Assembly (NCBI RefSeq): GCF_963921235.1
Contig: NC_086108.1
Location: 8,804,001-8,868,000 of the forward strand
Direction: 5' to 3'
DNA length: 64,000 nt
From: Mobula hypostoma
Lineage: Eukaryota
Positions 11,668 through 21,413 of the stretch are shown one piece after another. Within the stretch, counting starts at the first letter, position 1. Each line of letters starts with the position of its first letter. Under the pieces are notes generated by a model. The model searched no databases. It was not told the origin of the DNA and was given only the letters and a program-made list of their open reading frames with translations. A program made the position numbers and the translations under genes.

Positions 11668-13945
11668 TGGTGGAATTCTTCATTAATATGGAGAGTGACA
11701 TAGTTAATTCAGAAACAAAGGTTCTGAACTTAAAGAGGGGTAACTTTGAAGGTATGAGACGTGAATTAGCTAAGATAGACTGGCAAATGACACTTAAAGG
11801 ATTGACGGTGGATATGCAATGGCAAGCATTTAAAGGTTGCATGGATGAACTACAACAATTGTTCATCCCAGTTTGACAAAAGAATAAATCAAGGAAGGTA
11901 GTGCACCCATGGCTGACAAGAGAAATTAGGGATAGTATCAATTCCAAAGAAGTAGCATACAAATTAGCCAGAGAAAGTGGCTCACCTGAGGACTGGGAGA
12001 AATTCAGAGTTCAGCAGAGGAGGACAAAGGGCTTAATTAGGAAGGGGAAAAAAGATTATGAGAGAAAACTGGCGGGGAACATAAAAACAGACTGTAAAAG
12101 CTTTTATAGATATGTAAAAAGGAAAAGACTGGTAAAGACAAATGTAGGTCCCCTGCAGACAGAAACAGGTGAATTGATTATGGGGAGCAAGGACATGGCA
12201 GACCAATTGAATAATTACTTTGGTTCTGTCTTCACTAAGGAGGACATAAATAATCTTCCAGAAATAGTAAGGGACAGAGGGTCCAGTGAGATGGAGGAAC
12301 TGAGCGAAATACATGTTAGTAGGGAAGTGGTGTTAGGTAAATTGAAGGGATTGAAGGCAGATAAATCCCCAGGGCCAGATGGTCTGCATCCTAGCGTGCT
12401 TAAGGAAGTAGCCCAAGAAATAGTGGATGCATTAATGATAATTTTTCAAAACTCGTTAGATTCTGGACTAGTTCCTGAGGATTGGAGGGTGGCTAATGTA
12501 ACCCCACTTTTTAAAAATGGAGGGAGAGAGAAACCGGGGAATTATAGACCGGTTAGCCTAACGTCGGTGGTGGGGAAACTGCTGGAGTCAGTTATCAAGG
12601 ATGTGATAACAGCACATTTGGAAAGCGGTGAAATGATCAGACAAAGTCAGCATGGATTTGTGAAAGGAAAATCATGTCTGACGAATCTCATAGAATTTTT
12701 TGAGGATGTAACTAGTAGAGTGGATAGGGGAGAACCAGTGGATGTGGTATATTTGGATTTTCAAAAGGCTTTTGACAAGGTCCCACACAGGAGATTAGTG
12801 TGCAAACTTAAAGCACACGGTATTGGGGGTAAGGTATTGGTGTGGGTGGAGAATTGGTTAGCAGACAGGAAGCAAAGAGTGGGAATAAACGGAACCTTTT
12901 CAGAATGGCAGGCGGTGACTAGTAGGGTACCGCAAGGCTCAGTGCTGGGACCCCAGTTGTTTACAATATATATTAATGACTTGGATGAGGGAATTAAATG
13001 CAGCATCTCCAAGTTTGCGGATGACACGAAGCTAGGTGGCAGTGTTAGCAGTGAGGAGGATGCTAAGAGGATGCAGGGTGACTTGGATAGGTTGGGTGAG
13101 TGGGCAAACTCATGGCAGATGCAATTTAATGTGGATAAATGTGAAGTTATCCACTTTGGTGGCAAAAATAGGAAAACAGATTATTATCTGAATGGTGGCC
13201 GATTAGGAAAAGGGGAGGTGCAACGAGACCTGGGTGTCATTATACACCAGTCATTGAAAGTGGGCATGCAGGTACAGCAGGCGGTGAAAAAGGCGAATGG
13301 TATGCTGGCATTTATAGCGAGAGGATTCGAGTACAGGAGCAGGGAGGTACTACTGCAGTTGTACAAGGCCTTGGTGAGACCACACCTGGAGTATTGTGTG
13401 CAGTTTTGGTCCCCTAATCTGAGGAAAGACATCTTTGCCATAGAGGGAGTACAAAGAAGGTTCACCAGATTGATTCCTGGGATGGCAGGACTTTCATATG
13501 AAGAAAGACTGGATGAACTGGGCTTGTACTCGTTGGAATTTAGAAGATTGAGGGGGGATCTGATTGAAATGTATAAGATCCTAAAGGGATTGGACAGGCT
13601 AGATGCAGGAAGATTGTTCCCGATGTTGGGGAAGTCCAGAACGAGGGGTCACAGTTTGAGGATAGAGGGGAAGCCTTTTAGGACCGAGATTAGGAAAAAC
13701 TTCTTCACACAGAGAGTGGTGAATCTGTGGAATTCTCTGCCACAGGAAACTGTTGAGGCCAGTTCATTGGCTATATTTAAGAGGGAGTTAGATATGGCCC
13801 TTGTGGCTACGGGGGTCAGGGGGTATGGAGGGAAGGCTGGGGCGGGGTTCTGAGTTGGATGATCAGCCATGATCATAATAAATGGCGGTGCAGGCTCGAA
13901 GGGCCGAATGGCCTACTCCTGCACCTATTTTCTATGTTTCTATGT
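11668..13945 (+). mobile_element. young CR1 LINE, 5'-truncated (RT ORF 11901-13853 open)
   Basis: 650-aa ORF with SPGPDG, YLDFQKAFD, PQGSVLGP and KFADD. 3' stem-loop and (TTCTATGT)n tail. One nonsense change at 11874-11876. Confidence 0.95.
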
Positions 13946-14324
13946 CTGGTCACACCAGCCCAAGAGCTCCGACCAGCCGTTCTTCAGTATTTGTGTCCGG
14001 TATCAACTCCAAGACTCTCCGATCACCAGACTTTGAACTGGGTGCCTTGCACTTGTATCGCAGCCTGCGTCCCTCCACCACTGGCCCGGCTTCACCCTGA
14101 ATTTCATCATCACACTGGCAGCAACCAAGTCTGTCCCTAATCTCTCTCTTGGCCTCCACATCTCTAACCCTTTCTTCACCTTATATCTACTCCTTGCTTA
14201 CCTATCTTCAGAGTTTAATTTCTCCCAAAGATCCTCCGGAGGAGCACCGTGGAATATTTGGTTGCTCTAAAACTCCATACTAATGTTGATTAGGTTTCCA
14301 AACGTTCTTTAAAATTTCAGAATA

Positions 14325-14665
14325 CAGGGCAGGATTCGGAGCAGTGTGGAGGAACAGAGGGATCTTGAGGTCCATGTCCGTAAATCCCTCAAAGTTGCCA
14401 CACAAGTTAAGAAGGTGTAAAATGTATTGGCCTTCATTAGTTGGAGGATTGAGTACAAGAGCTGTGAGGTAACGTTGCAACTCTATAAAACCCTGGTTAG
14501 ACCGCACTTGGAGTATTGTGTTCAGTTCTGGTCACCTCATTACAGGAAGGATGTGGGAGCTTTAGAGGGGGTGCAGAGGAGATTTACTAGCATGTCTTCT
14601 GAGGATAGGTTGCGCGAGCTAGGGCTTTTCTCTCTGAAGTGAAGGAGGATGAGGGGTGATTTGTA
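14325..14665 (+). mobile_element. old CR1 fragment
   Basis: LYKTLVRPHLEYCVQFWSPHYRKDV motif; ends just upstream of the exon-14705 acceptor. Confidence 0.8.
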
Positions 14666-14704
14666 ATGACTCTCTTTCCCCCCCCCCCCCCTGTCTCCCT
14701 ACAG

Positions 14705-14880
14705 TAAGGTAGTAGATGACGCACTCATCCTCTCCCTGGACCAGAACACAAGTCACCAGGAACCTGCAGTCGATCCCGGGAAAACCCAGGAGCTGCTCGC
14801 CCAGTGGAAGGACAATCCCACTGGCGCGGATGAGCTGGCACTAAGCTGTGTCGATATCATCGTCTCCCTGGATTTAAAAG
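14705..14880 (+). CDS. HIF3A: HIF3A-like exon, post-PAC / N-ODD-equivalent region
   Basis: C-rich tract plus acag| acceptor, donor |gtaccg. Reads KVVDDALILSLDQN...LLAQWKDNPTGADELALSCVDIIVSLDLK, which aligns to HIF1A LIFSLQQ...[28 protein letters not shown]. Confidence 0.88.
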
Positions 14881-15608
14881 GTACCGTGGGGCTTGGGGAC
14901 CCTCCCAGTGAGACATGTCCATCAACACCCAGGGGCTTCATGAGCCTCCTGCAACATGAAGGGTGTCATTGACCCTAACGCTGAGACTTGCAGCTGGGGA
15001 AACTTGTAGACAGAGGCAGAAACCGTAAAATTATTATTGGAAAGATTTCTTAGGCCGCTCATCATCACTTTGTGCCGCGTCATATGACCTGGGCGGTCAA
15101 GGTCTCCATGACCAGGATTGTGCTTGGCAGATGGTTCTACAGAAGTGGTTCCTTCTGGGCAGTGTCTTTACAAGACGGGTGACCCCTGTCCCTATCAACA
15201 CACTTCGGAGATTGTTTGCCTGGCGTGAGTGGTCACATAACCAGCACCATTCTGAAAAGAGTTCCTGCATCCAGCCCGTGACTGCGTAGATTTCCTCCAG
15301 GTGCTCCATTTTCCTCCCGTGGTCTGAAGCTGTATCCCGGGTAGGTTAATCGGCCATTGTAAATGGTCCCGTGGTCAGGTTAGGGTTAATTGAGTTTGTC
15401 GGGGATGCTGGGCTGGAAGAGCCTACTCCACACAGTAGTGCCAAATAAACATTTAAAAGTGTGGATGACAGGTGAACCAAGCTGAGCTTGAGCTGAGTGT
15501 TGGTAAATGGGAGCAGGTTAGACAGGTATTTATGGGCTGAAGGGCCTGTTTCTGTGCTGAATTATGGAGACTGTCCTCCCTAACCAACACCTTCCCTTTG
15601 TGTGTCAG

Positions 15609-15850
15609 ACCGGATGGATTCAAGCGCGTTCCACTTTACCAGGAAACTCATGGAAGGTGGAGAGGAGCTCTTGATGCCCGAGGAGTTCTGCAGCCCCGCG
15701 CTCTGCAAATTACTCTCGCCCATCTTCAACCACCGGCTGGAGCCAGTACCCAGCGGCGGCCAAGGCACGGAACCGGCAGCACGCAACAAATCTGGCCAGG
15801 CGGAGAGACGGGAGGCTGTGGTCACCAGGCCAAGTGACAGCGCCAACTCG
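15609..15850 (+). CDS. HIF3A: HIF3A-like exon with LxxLL motif
   Basis: Acceptor tgtgtcag| and donor |gtaagt. Contains FCSPALCKLLSPIFN, matching the HIF3A-type FCSPDLRRLLGPILD segment. Phases 1/0. Confidence 0.88.
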
Positions 15851-16189
15851 GTAAGTATCAGATTGGGGGGGCGGGGTTAGATCATTACAGAGAATAATTC
15901 CCAGGAGAGAGTTTTAGAGCACTACAGCACAAAAACAGACCCTTCGGCCCATTGACCTTCACCTGGATCATAACCCTCCATACCCCTCCCATCCAGGTAT
16001 CTGTACAACCTTCTCTTAAATGTTTCAATTGAACCTGCATCCATCACTTCGCTGGCAGCTCGTTCCACACTCACTGCCCTCTGAGTGAAGGGGTTCCCCC
16101 TCAGGGTCTCTGTAAATATTTCACCTTTCACCCTTAACCCATGACCCACCCAACCTCAGTGGTAAAGGCCTGCTTATGTTTACCCTAAT

Positions 16190-16612
16190 CCCTCAACAAA
16201 CTCATTCATAAGGCCAGTGATGTTGTGGGGATGGAACTGGACTCTCTGACGGTGGTGTCTGAAAAGAGGATGCTGTCTAAGTTGCATGCCATCTTGGACA
16301 ATGTCTCCCATCCACTACATAATGTACTGGGTGGGCACAGGAGTACATTCACCCAGAGACTCATTCCACCGAGATGCAACACAGAGCGTCATAGGAAGTC
16401 ATTCCTGCCTGTGGCCATCAAACTTTACAACTCCTCCCTTGGAGGGTCAGACACCCTGAGCCAATAGGCTGGTCCTGGACTTATTTCATAATTTACTGGC
16501 ATAATTTACATATTATTTAACTATTTATGGTTCTATTACTATTTATTATTTATGGTGCAACTGTAACGAAAACCAGTTTCCCCCGGGATCAATAAAGTAT
16601 GACTATGACTAC
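16190..16612 (+). mobile_element. Rex/Babar-type LINE 3' end
   Basis: ILDNVSHPLH...PRCNTERHRKSFLPVAIKLYN, then aataaag and a (GACTAT)n tail. Confidence 0.75.
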
Positions 16613-16642
16613 TTTAACAATACATTTACTTTCAACTTTTGT

Positions 16643-16950
16643 GGGCACGTGGCCAAGTGGTTAAGGCATTCGACTAGCCACCTGAAGGTCGTGAGTTCGA
16701 GCCCCAGCCAAGGGATCGTGTTGTGTCCTTGAGCAAGGCACTTAATCACACATTGCTCTGAGACGACACTGGTGCCAAGCTGTATGGGTCCTAATGCCCT
16801 TCCCTTGGAAAGCATGGGTGTGGTGGAGAGGGGAGACTTGCAGCATGGGCAACTGCCGGTCTTCCATACAACCTTGCCCAGGCCTGCGCCCTGGAGAGTG
16901 AAGACTTTCCAGGCGCAGATCCAAGGTCTTGCAAGCCTAACGAATGCCAC
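16643..16950 (+). mobile_element. tRNA-derived SINE with CORE-like segment
   Basis: A-box tggccaagtgg, B-box gttcgagcc, then gtgtccttgagcaaggcacttaa. Confidence 0.7.
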
Positions 16951-17439
16951 TTTCAACTTTGAACTTTTCTTTTTATTTGAAGATTCAGCACGGTAACAGG
17001 CCCTACTGGTCAATGAGCCCAAATTACCCAGTTACACTCATGTGACCGATAAACTTACTGACCTGTACATCTTTGGAATGTGGGAGAAAACCAGAGCACC
17101 TTGTGGAAGTCTACACTGACACGGGGAGAACATACAAACTGGCGGGAATCGGACCTGGGTTACTGACGCTGTGGTAGCATTGCCCTAACTGCTGTGCAAT
17201 CTTGAACACAGAACAATACAGCGCACGCACCCCCTACACCTCCCTCTCTGGCCCACAAAGCCATGCCAACCCTCCAGCCTTCCCCAGAATAAATCCAACT
17301 GTTTCCTTCCACACTGCCCGCCATTCCTTTCCCATCCATGTGCCCATCCTACAGTTCCCAGTGGATCTGCCTCTACCACCACCCCGACAGTGGACCCTCT
17401 GCACCCACTACTCTCCATGTGGGGAAAGAAAACTATTGC

Positions 17440-17905
17440 TTGTAGGGCTCTTCGCCAAGCGTGGAGGTGAGGTTGCAAACGTTTCGACACCAGTTGAGGT
17501 GACGTCATCAGTGCACGACTGAGTGTTGTTTTTCATTATTCCGACTGGTCGGCTGGCAACGCTGGCCGCAAGTCTGCACTGCGTCCCGGCCAACCAGGAT
17601 AGCTGGGTGATCTCTGCTGACCAGTATCCCTGGTTGTTGGTCGTTCAGAGAGTTGGTTGCTTGAGTGTCCACAGATCACCCCTCGGTCCCAATCCTACAG
17701 GCACATGGGTTTGTCTCTCACCCAGCACCCAATCAGTACAAGTTGGACCAATACAGACACGAGAACTCGGCAGAAACGACACTCATTTCCACACCGATGA
17801 TATCACCTCAACTGATGATGAAACGTTTGCGACCTAGCCACCAGGCTCGGCGAACAACCCCACAAACATGCAGCCAACCCGAGCTACCAACCTTCTCCTC
17901 CATTT
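17440..17905. mobile_element. second Penelope-derived family with inverted hammerhead-containing arms
   Basis: 17440-17515 is an inverted, diverged copy of 17790-17863. Both arms contain CYGATGA..GAAACGTTTGC. Confidence 0.65.
17474..17515 (-). ncRNA. minimal hammerhead ribozyme motif
   Basis: Minus strand reads UGCA-CUGAUGA-C-GUCACC-UCAACU-GGUGUC-GAAAC-GUU^UGCA. Confidence 0.6.
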
Positions 17906-18556
17906 CAAATCCACTTCTCTGGAGAAAGAGCGAGGGAAGCTGGCCGGAAATGAACGCCTATGGAGACAACACGTGAAAGGGGATGAGGGGAGTGGGATGG
18001 AGGGGACACGGAACAGCCCTTGTGTAGAAGCTGACACACACTGAGCTGGTGTTCAACGGGAGATTGGCTTGCATGTGAGATCCAGGCAATGGGGCTGCAG
18101 ATAAAGATTAGCTTTATTCGTCATATAAACAAGACAAAACCCCATGCTATTACAGGAACAATATTGGGGTGGATAGAAGATTGGCCGATTGACAGGAGGC
18201 AGAGTGAGTATCAAGGCTGCCTAGAATACAACAGCAAGAATGCAATGCTAAGACTTTACAAGGGTCAGACCGCACTTGGAGTGGTTTTGGGCTGCTTATC
18301 TAAGAGAGATTGTGCTGGCATTGGAGAAAGCCCAGAGGAGGCTCATGAGAATGAAAGGGGAGTGTTTGATGGCTCCGGGCCTGTACTCACTGGAGTTCAG
18401 AAGAAAGATGGGGAATCTCATTGAAACCTGTCCAATATTGAAAGGCCTGGATAGAGTGGGTGCGGAAAGGATGTTTCCTATACTGGGAGAGCTGAGGGCA
18501 CAGACTCAGAGTAGAAAGACGACTCTTTAGAACAGAGACGAAGAATTTCTTTAGCT

Positions 18557-19212
18557 AGATAGATAGATAGATATACTTCATTGATCCTGAGGGAAATTGG
18601 GTTTCGTTACAGCCGCACCAACCAAGGATAGAGCATAAATATAGCAATACAAAAACCACAAACAATCCAACAACAAAATGCAAACTATGCCAGATGGAAC
18701 TAAGTCCAGGACCAGCCTATTGGCTCAGGGTGTCTGACCCTCCACGGGAGGAGCTGCAAAGTTCGATGGCCACAGGCAGGAACGACCTCCCGTGCCCCCC
18801 AGTGTTGTATCTCGGTGGAATATGGCCGGAGTCCAACAGCAAAAAGTTCAATATCCAGTCTACAAACACGTTCCTCGATCGCAATATGACCCAGATTGCA
18901 CCATCCATTGTTAACCAGAACGGTAAGCCCCCCAACTCCTTTATGCTTACCGCTCTCAGTGCTCTTCCGGTCAGCCCGAACAGTCTGGAAGCCGTCTATG
19001 GAAAAGTTTTGATCGGGTATGTCCTCGTGCAGCCCCAGTAAAACATGTGACACTGCTCTCCCGAAATGTTCTCTGACTCCTGGCTAGCGCCATGAACTCG
19101 TCCATTTTATTACCCACCGAACTCCTCTTCTCCATAAGTCTCTGTCTCGACCCGGTTCTCTTTCCTCCCCTTTGTGATCCCCCTCTGCATCCTCTGTGTG
19201 TTTTCCTCCAGA
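18557..19212 (-). mobile_element. internally deleted Rex/Babar-type LINE
   Basis: The endonuclease N-terminus (SVGNKMDE..IDGFQTVRADR..GGLTVLVNNGWC..IELFAVGLRPY) is joined directly to the 3' end (RSFLPVAIEL..GGSDTLSQ) and a (TATC)n tail. Confidence 0.75.
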
Positions 19213-19265
19213 TTTCAGCCAGAGGGTGGCTCTTTTTTAAATAATCTGGTGTTTGGTGTTTGCAG

Positions 19266-19813
19266 GGGTTGCAGGACATGGACCTGGAGATGTTGGCACC
19301 ATACATCTCCATGGAAGAAGACTTCCAGCTGAACAGCTTTGAGTCTTTGACGGAAGGAATCGAGGGGCTGGTGTGCCCTAATGATCACCCAGAGACGGAG
19401 ACCAACAAGCGGCAGGACAGTCGGGGTCTGGCCAAACTGCTGACCGACTGCAAGAGCACACAACCTAACGTGTTGGGCCGCTCGCACCCAGTGCAACCTG
19501 AAGTCCTTGGTGTGGCAGGAGACCCCGGAGCCTCACAGCAGTGCAGCGGCAGTCCCAGTCAGGGCAAGATCCAGGCGTACGGCCCCAGCAACCAGCCCCT
19601 TGTGTTCGGAGGGCCAGGATTCACTCCGACTGTGGAGAAAGCCCTCCGTGCGATATTCCAGCCCCAGGACACTGCCAGTCCCATGGAGACTGGAGTCTCT
19701 GAGTCACCCGGTAAGGAGCAGGATGCAGCAACACCAACGTTCCAGCCCACTAACCAATCGGACACCGGAGGCACGGAGAGTGAGAGCAGCCAGTGCACAC
19801 CATCCAAGGACAG
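19266..19813 (+). CDS. HIF3A: HIF3A-like exon, C-ODD / N-TAD with PHD-hydroxylated LxxLAP
   Basis: Acceptor tttgcag| and donor |gtatga. GLQDMDLEMLAPYISMEEDFQLNSF matches HIF3A LDLEMLAPYISMDDDFQLN. Open for 548 bp, phases 0/2. Confidence 0.93.
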
Positions 19814-20472
19814 GTATGAAACTTAATGTCTTATTATTGTAACAGTTATGAGGATAGTTTCTGCTGAAGGGCCTGTTTGTAGGGTGCATGACACTAAAAC
19901 CTTGTTGCTGGGACCTCAAACGAGTCCTCCAGAAGATGGCCTTCTTCATTCAGGGGGCTGAGTTCAAGAGCTGCAAGATAATGTTACAGCTCTATAAAAC
20001 CCTGGTTAGTCCACACTTGGAATATTGTAGTCAGTTCTGGTCACCTCATTACAGGAAGGATGTGGAAGCTTTCAAGAGGGTGCAGAGAAGACTTACTAGG
20101 ATGCTGCCTGGATTAGAGAGCATGTATTATGACAATAGGTTGATTAAATTCTTCGGATTTGATTCGAAGAAGGAGTCTGAGAGTCTGAGTGGGAGTGCCG
20201 AGAAAGAGATTTTTGAAATTTTCGTTATTTTTTTTCTCCAACGGCTTTCTGAGAGGCGGGACTGCGCAGGCGTGTGACGTCGGGCAGTGCAGCGCGGCAG
20301 ATTTAAAAGGAACAGAGCCTCAGAGAGCGGGCAGCGTAGTTTGCGGGCTGCGGAGTGAGCCGGGAGCAGAGTGAAGACTTAAGGGCTTCGGCTCAACGGG
20401 CTTAGGCGGAAGCGGGCGAGGCGAGGAAGGTTTGGCATTCATTTTCTGTTGCTATTTGAGGAGAGGGGCATT

Positions 20473-21408
20473 ATGACTGTGAGGGCAGTTTGCTGTTCTC
20501 GGTGTCGGATGTGGGAGGCCATGGAGTCTCCAAGCCTCCCGGACGTCTACATCTGCGCCAAGTGCATCGAGATGCAGCTCCTAAGGGACCGCGTTACGGA
20601 ACTGGAGCTGCAGCTCGATGACCTTCGTCTGGTCAGGGAGAGCGAGGAGGTGATAGAGAGGAGTGGAAGGCAGGTGGTCACGCCGGGGCCACGGGAGGCA
20701 GACAAGTGGGTCACGGTTAGGAGGGGGAAGGGGAAAAGGCAGGTGATGGGGAGTACCCCGGCGGCTGTGCCCCTTAACAACAGGTACTCCTGTTTGAGTA
20801 CTGTTGGAGGGGACAGCTTACCCGGGGGAAGCGACAGTGGCCCTGCCTCCGGCACAGAGTCTGGCCCTGTAGCTCAGAAGGGTAGGGCAAGGAAGAGGAG
20901 GGCAGTTGTGATAGGGGACTCGATAGTAAGGGGGTCAGATAGGCGATTCTGTGGACGCAGTCCAGAGACTCGGATGGTAGTTTGCCTCCCTGGTGCCAGG
21001 GTCCGGGATATTTCTGATCGTGTCCAAGATATCCTGAAGTGGGAGGGTGAAGAGCCAGAGGTCCTGGTACATATAGGTACCAATGACATAGGTAGGAAAA
21101 GGGATGAGGTCCTGAAAGAAGAATATAGGGAGCTAGGAAGGGAGTTGAGAAAAAGGACCGCAAAGGTAGTAATCTCGGGATTACTGCCTGTGCCACGCGA
21201 CAGTGAGAGTAGGAATGCGATGAGGTGGAGGATAAATGCGTGGCTGAGGGATTGGAGCAGGGGGCATGGATTCAAGTTTTTGGATCATTGGGACCTCTTT
21301 TGGCGCAGGTGTGACCTGTACAAAAAGGACGGGTTACACTTAAATCCTAGGGGGACCAATATCCTGGCAGGGAGATTAGCGGGGGCTACTGAGGTGACTT
21401 TAAACTAG
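20473..21408 (+). CDS. CR1 ORF1: Cys-rich zinc finger / leucine zipper plus SGNH esterase
   Basis: CSRCRMW..CAKC, a heptad Leu run, and GDSIVR, HIGTND and DGLHLN motifs. Confidence 0.9.
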   Translation: MTVRAVCCSRCRMWEAMESPSLPDVYICAKCIEMQLLRDRVTELELQLDDLRLVRESEEVIERSGRQVVTPGPREADKWVTVRRGKGKRQVMGSTPAAVPLNNRYSCLSTVGGDSLPGGSDSGPASGTESGPVAQKGRARKRRAVVIGDSIVRGSDRRFCGRSPETRMVVCLPGARVRDISDRVQDILKWEGEEPEVLVHIGTNDIGRKRDEVLKEEYRELGRELRKRTAKVVISGLLPVPRDSESRNAMRWRINAWLRDWSRGHGFKFLDHWDLFWRRCDLYKKDGLHLNPRGTNILAGRLAGATEVTLN

Positions 21409-21413
21409 AATGG

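Noticed and set aside
16643..16715. tRNA-like sequence with A and B boxes
   Set aside because: Continues into a SINE body and lacks a convincing acceptor stem; SINE head, not a tRNA gene.
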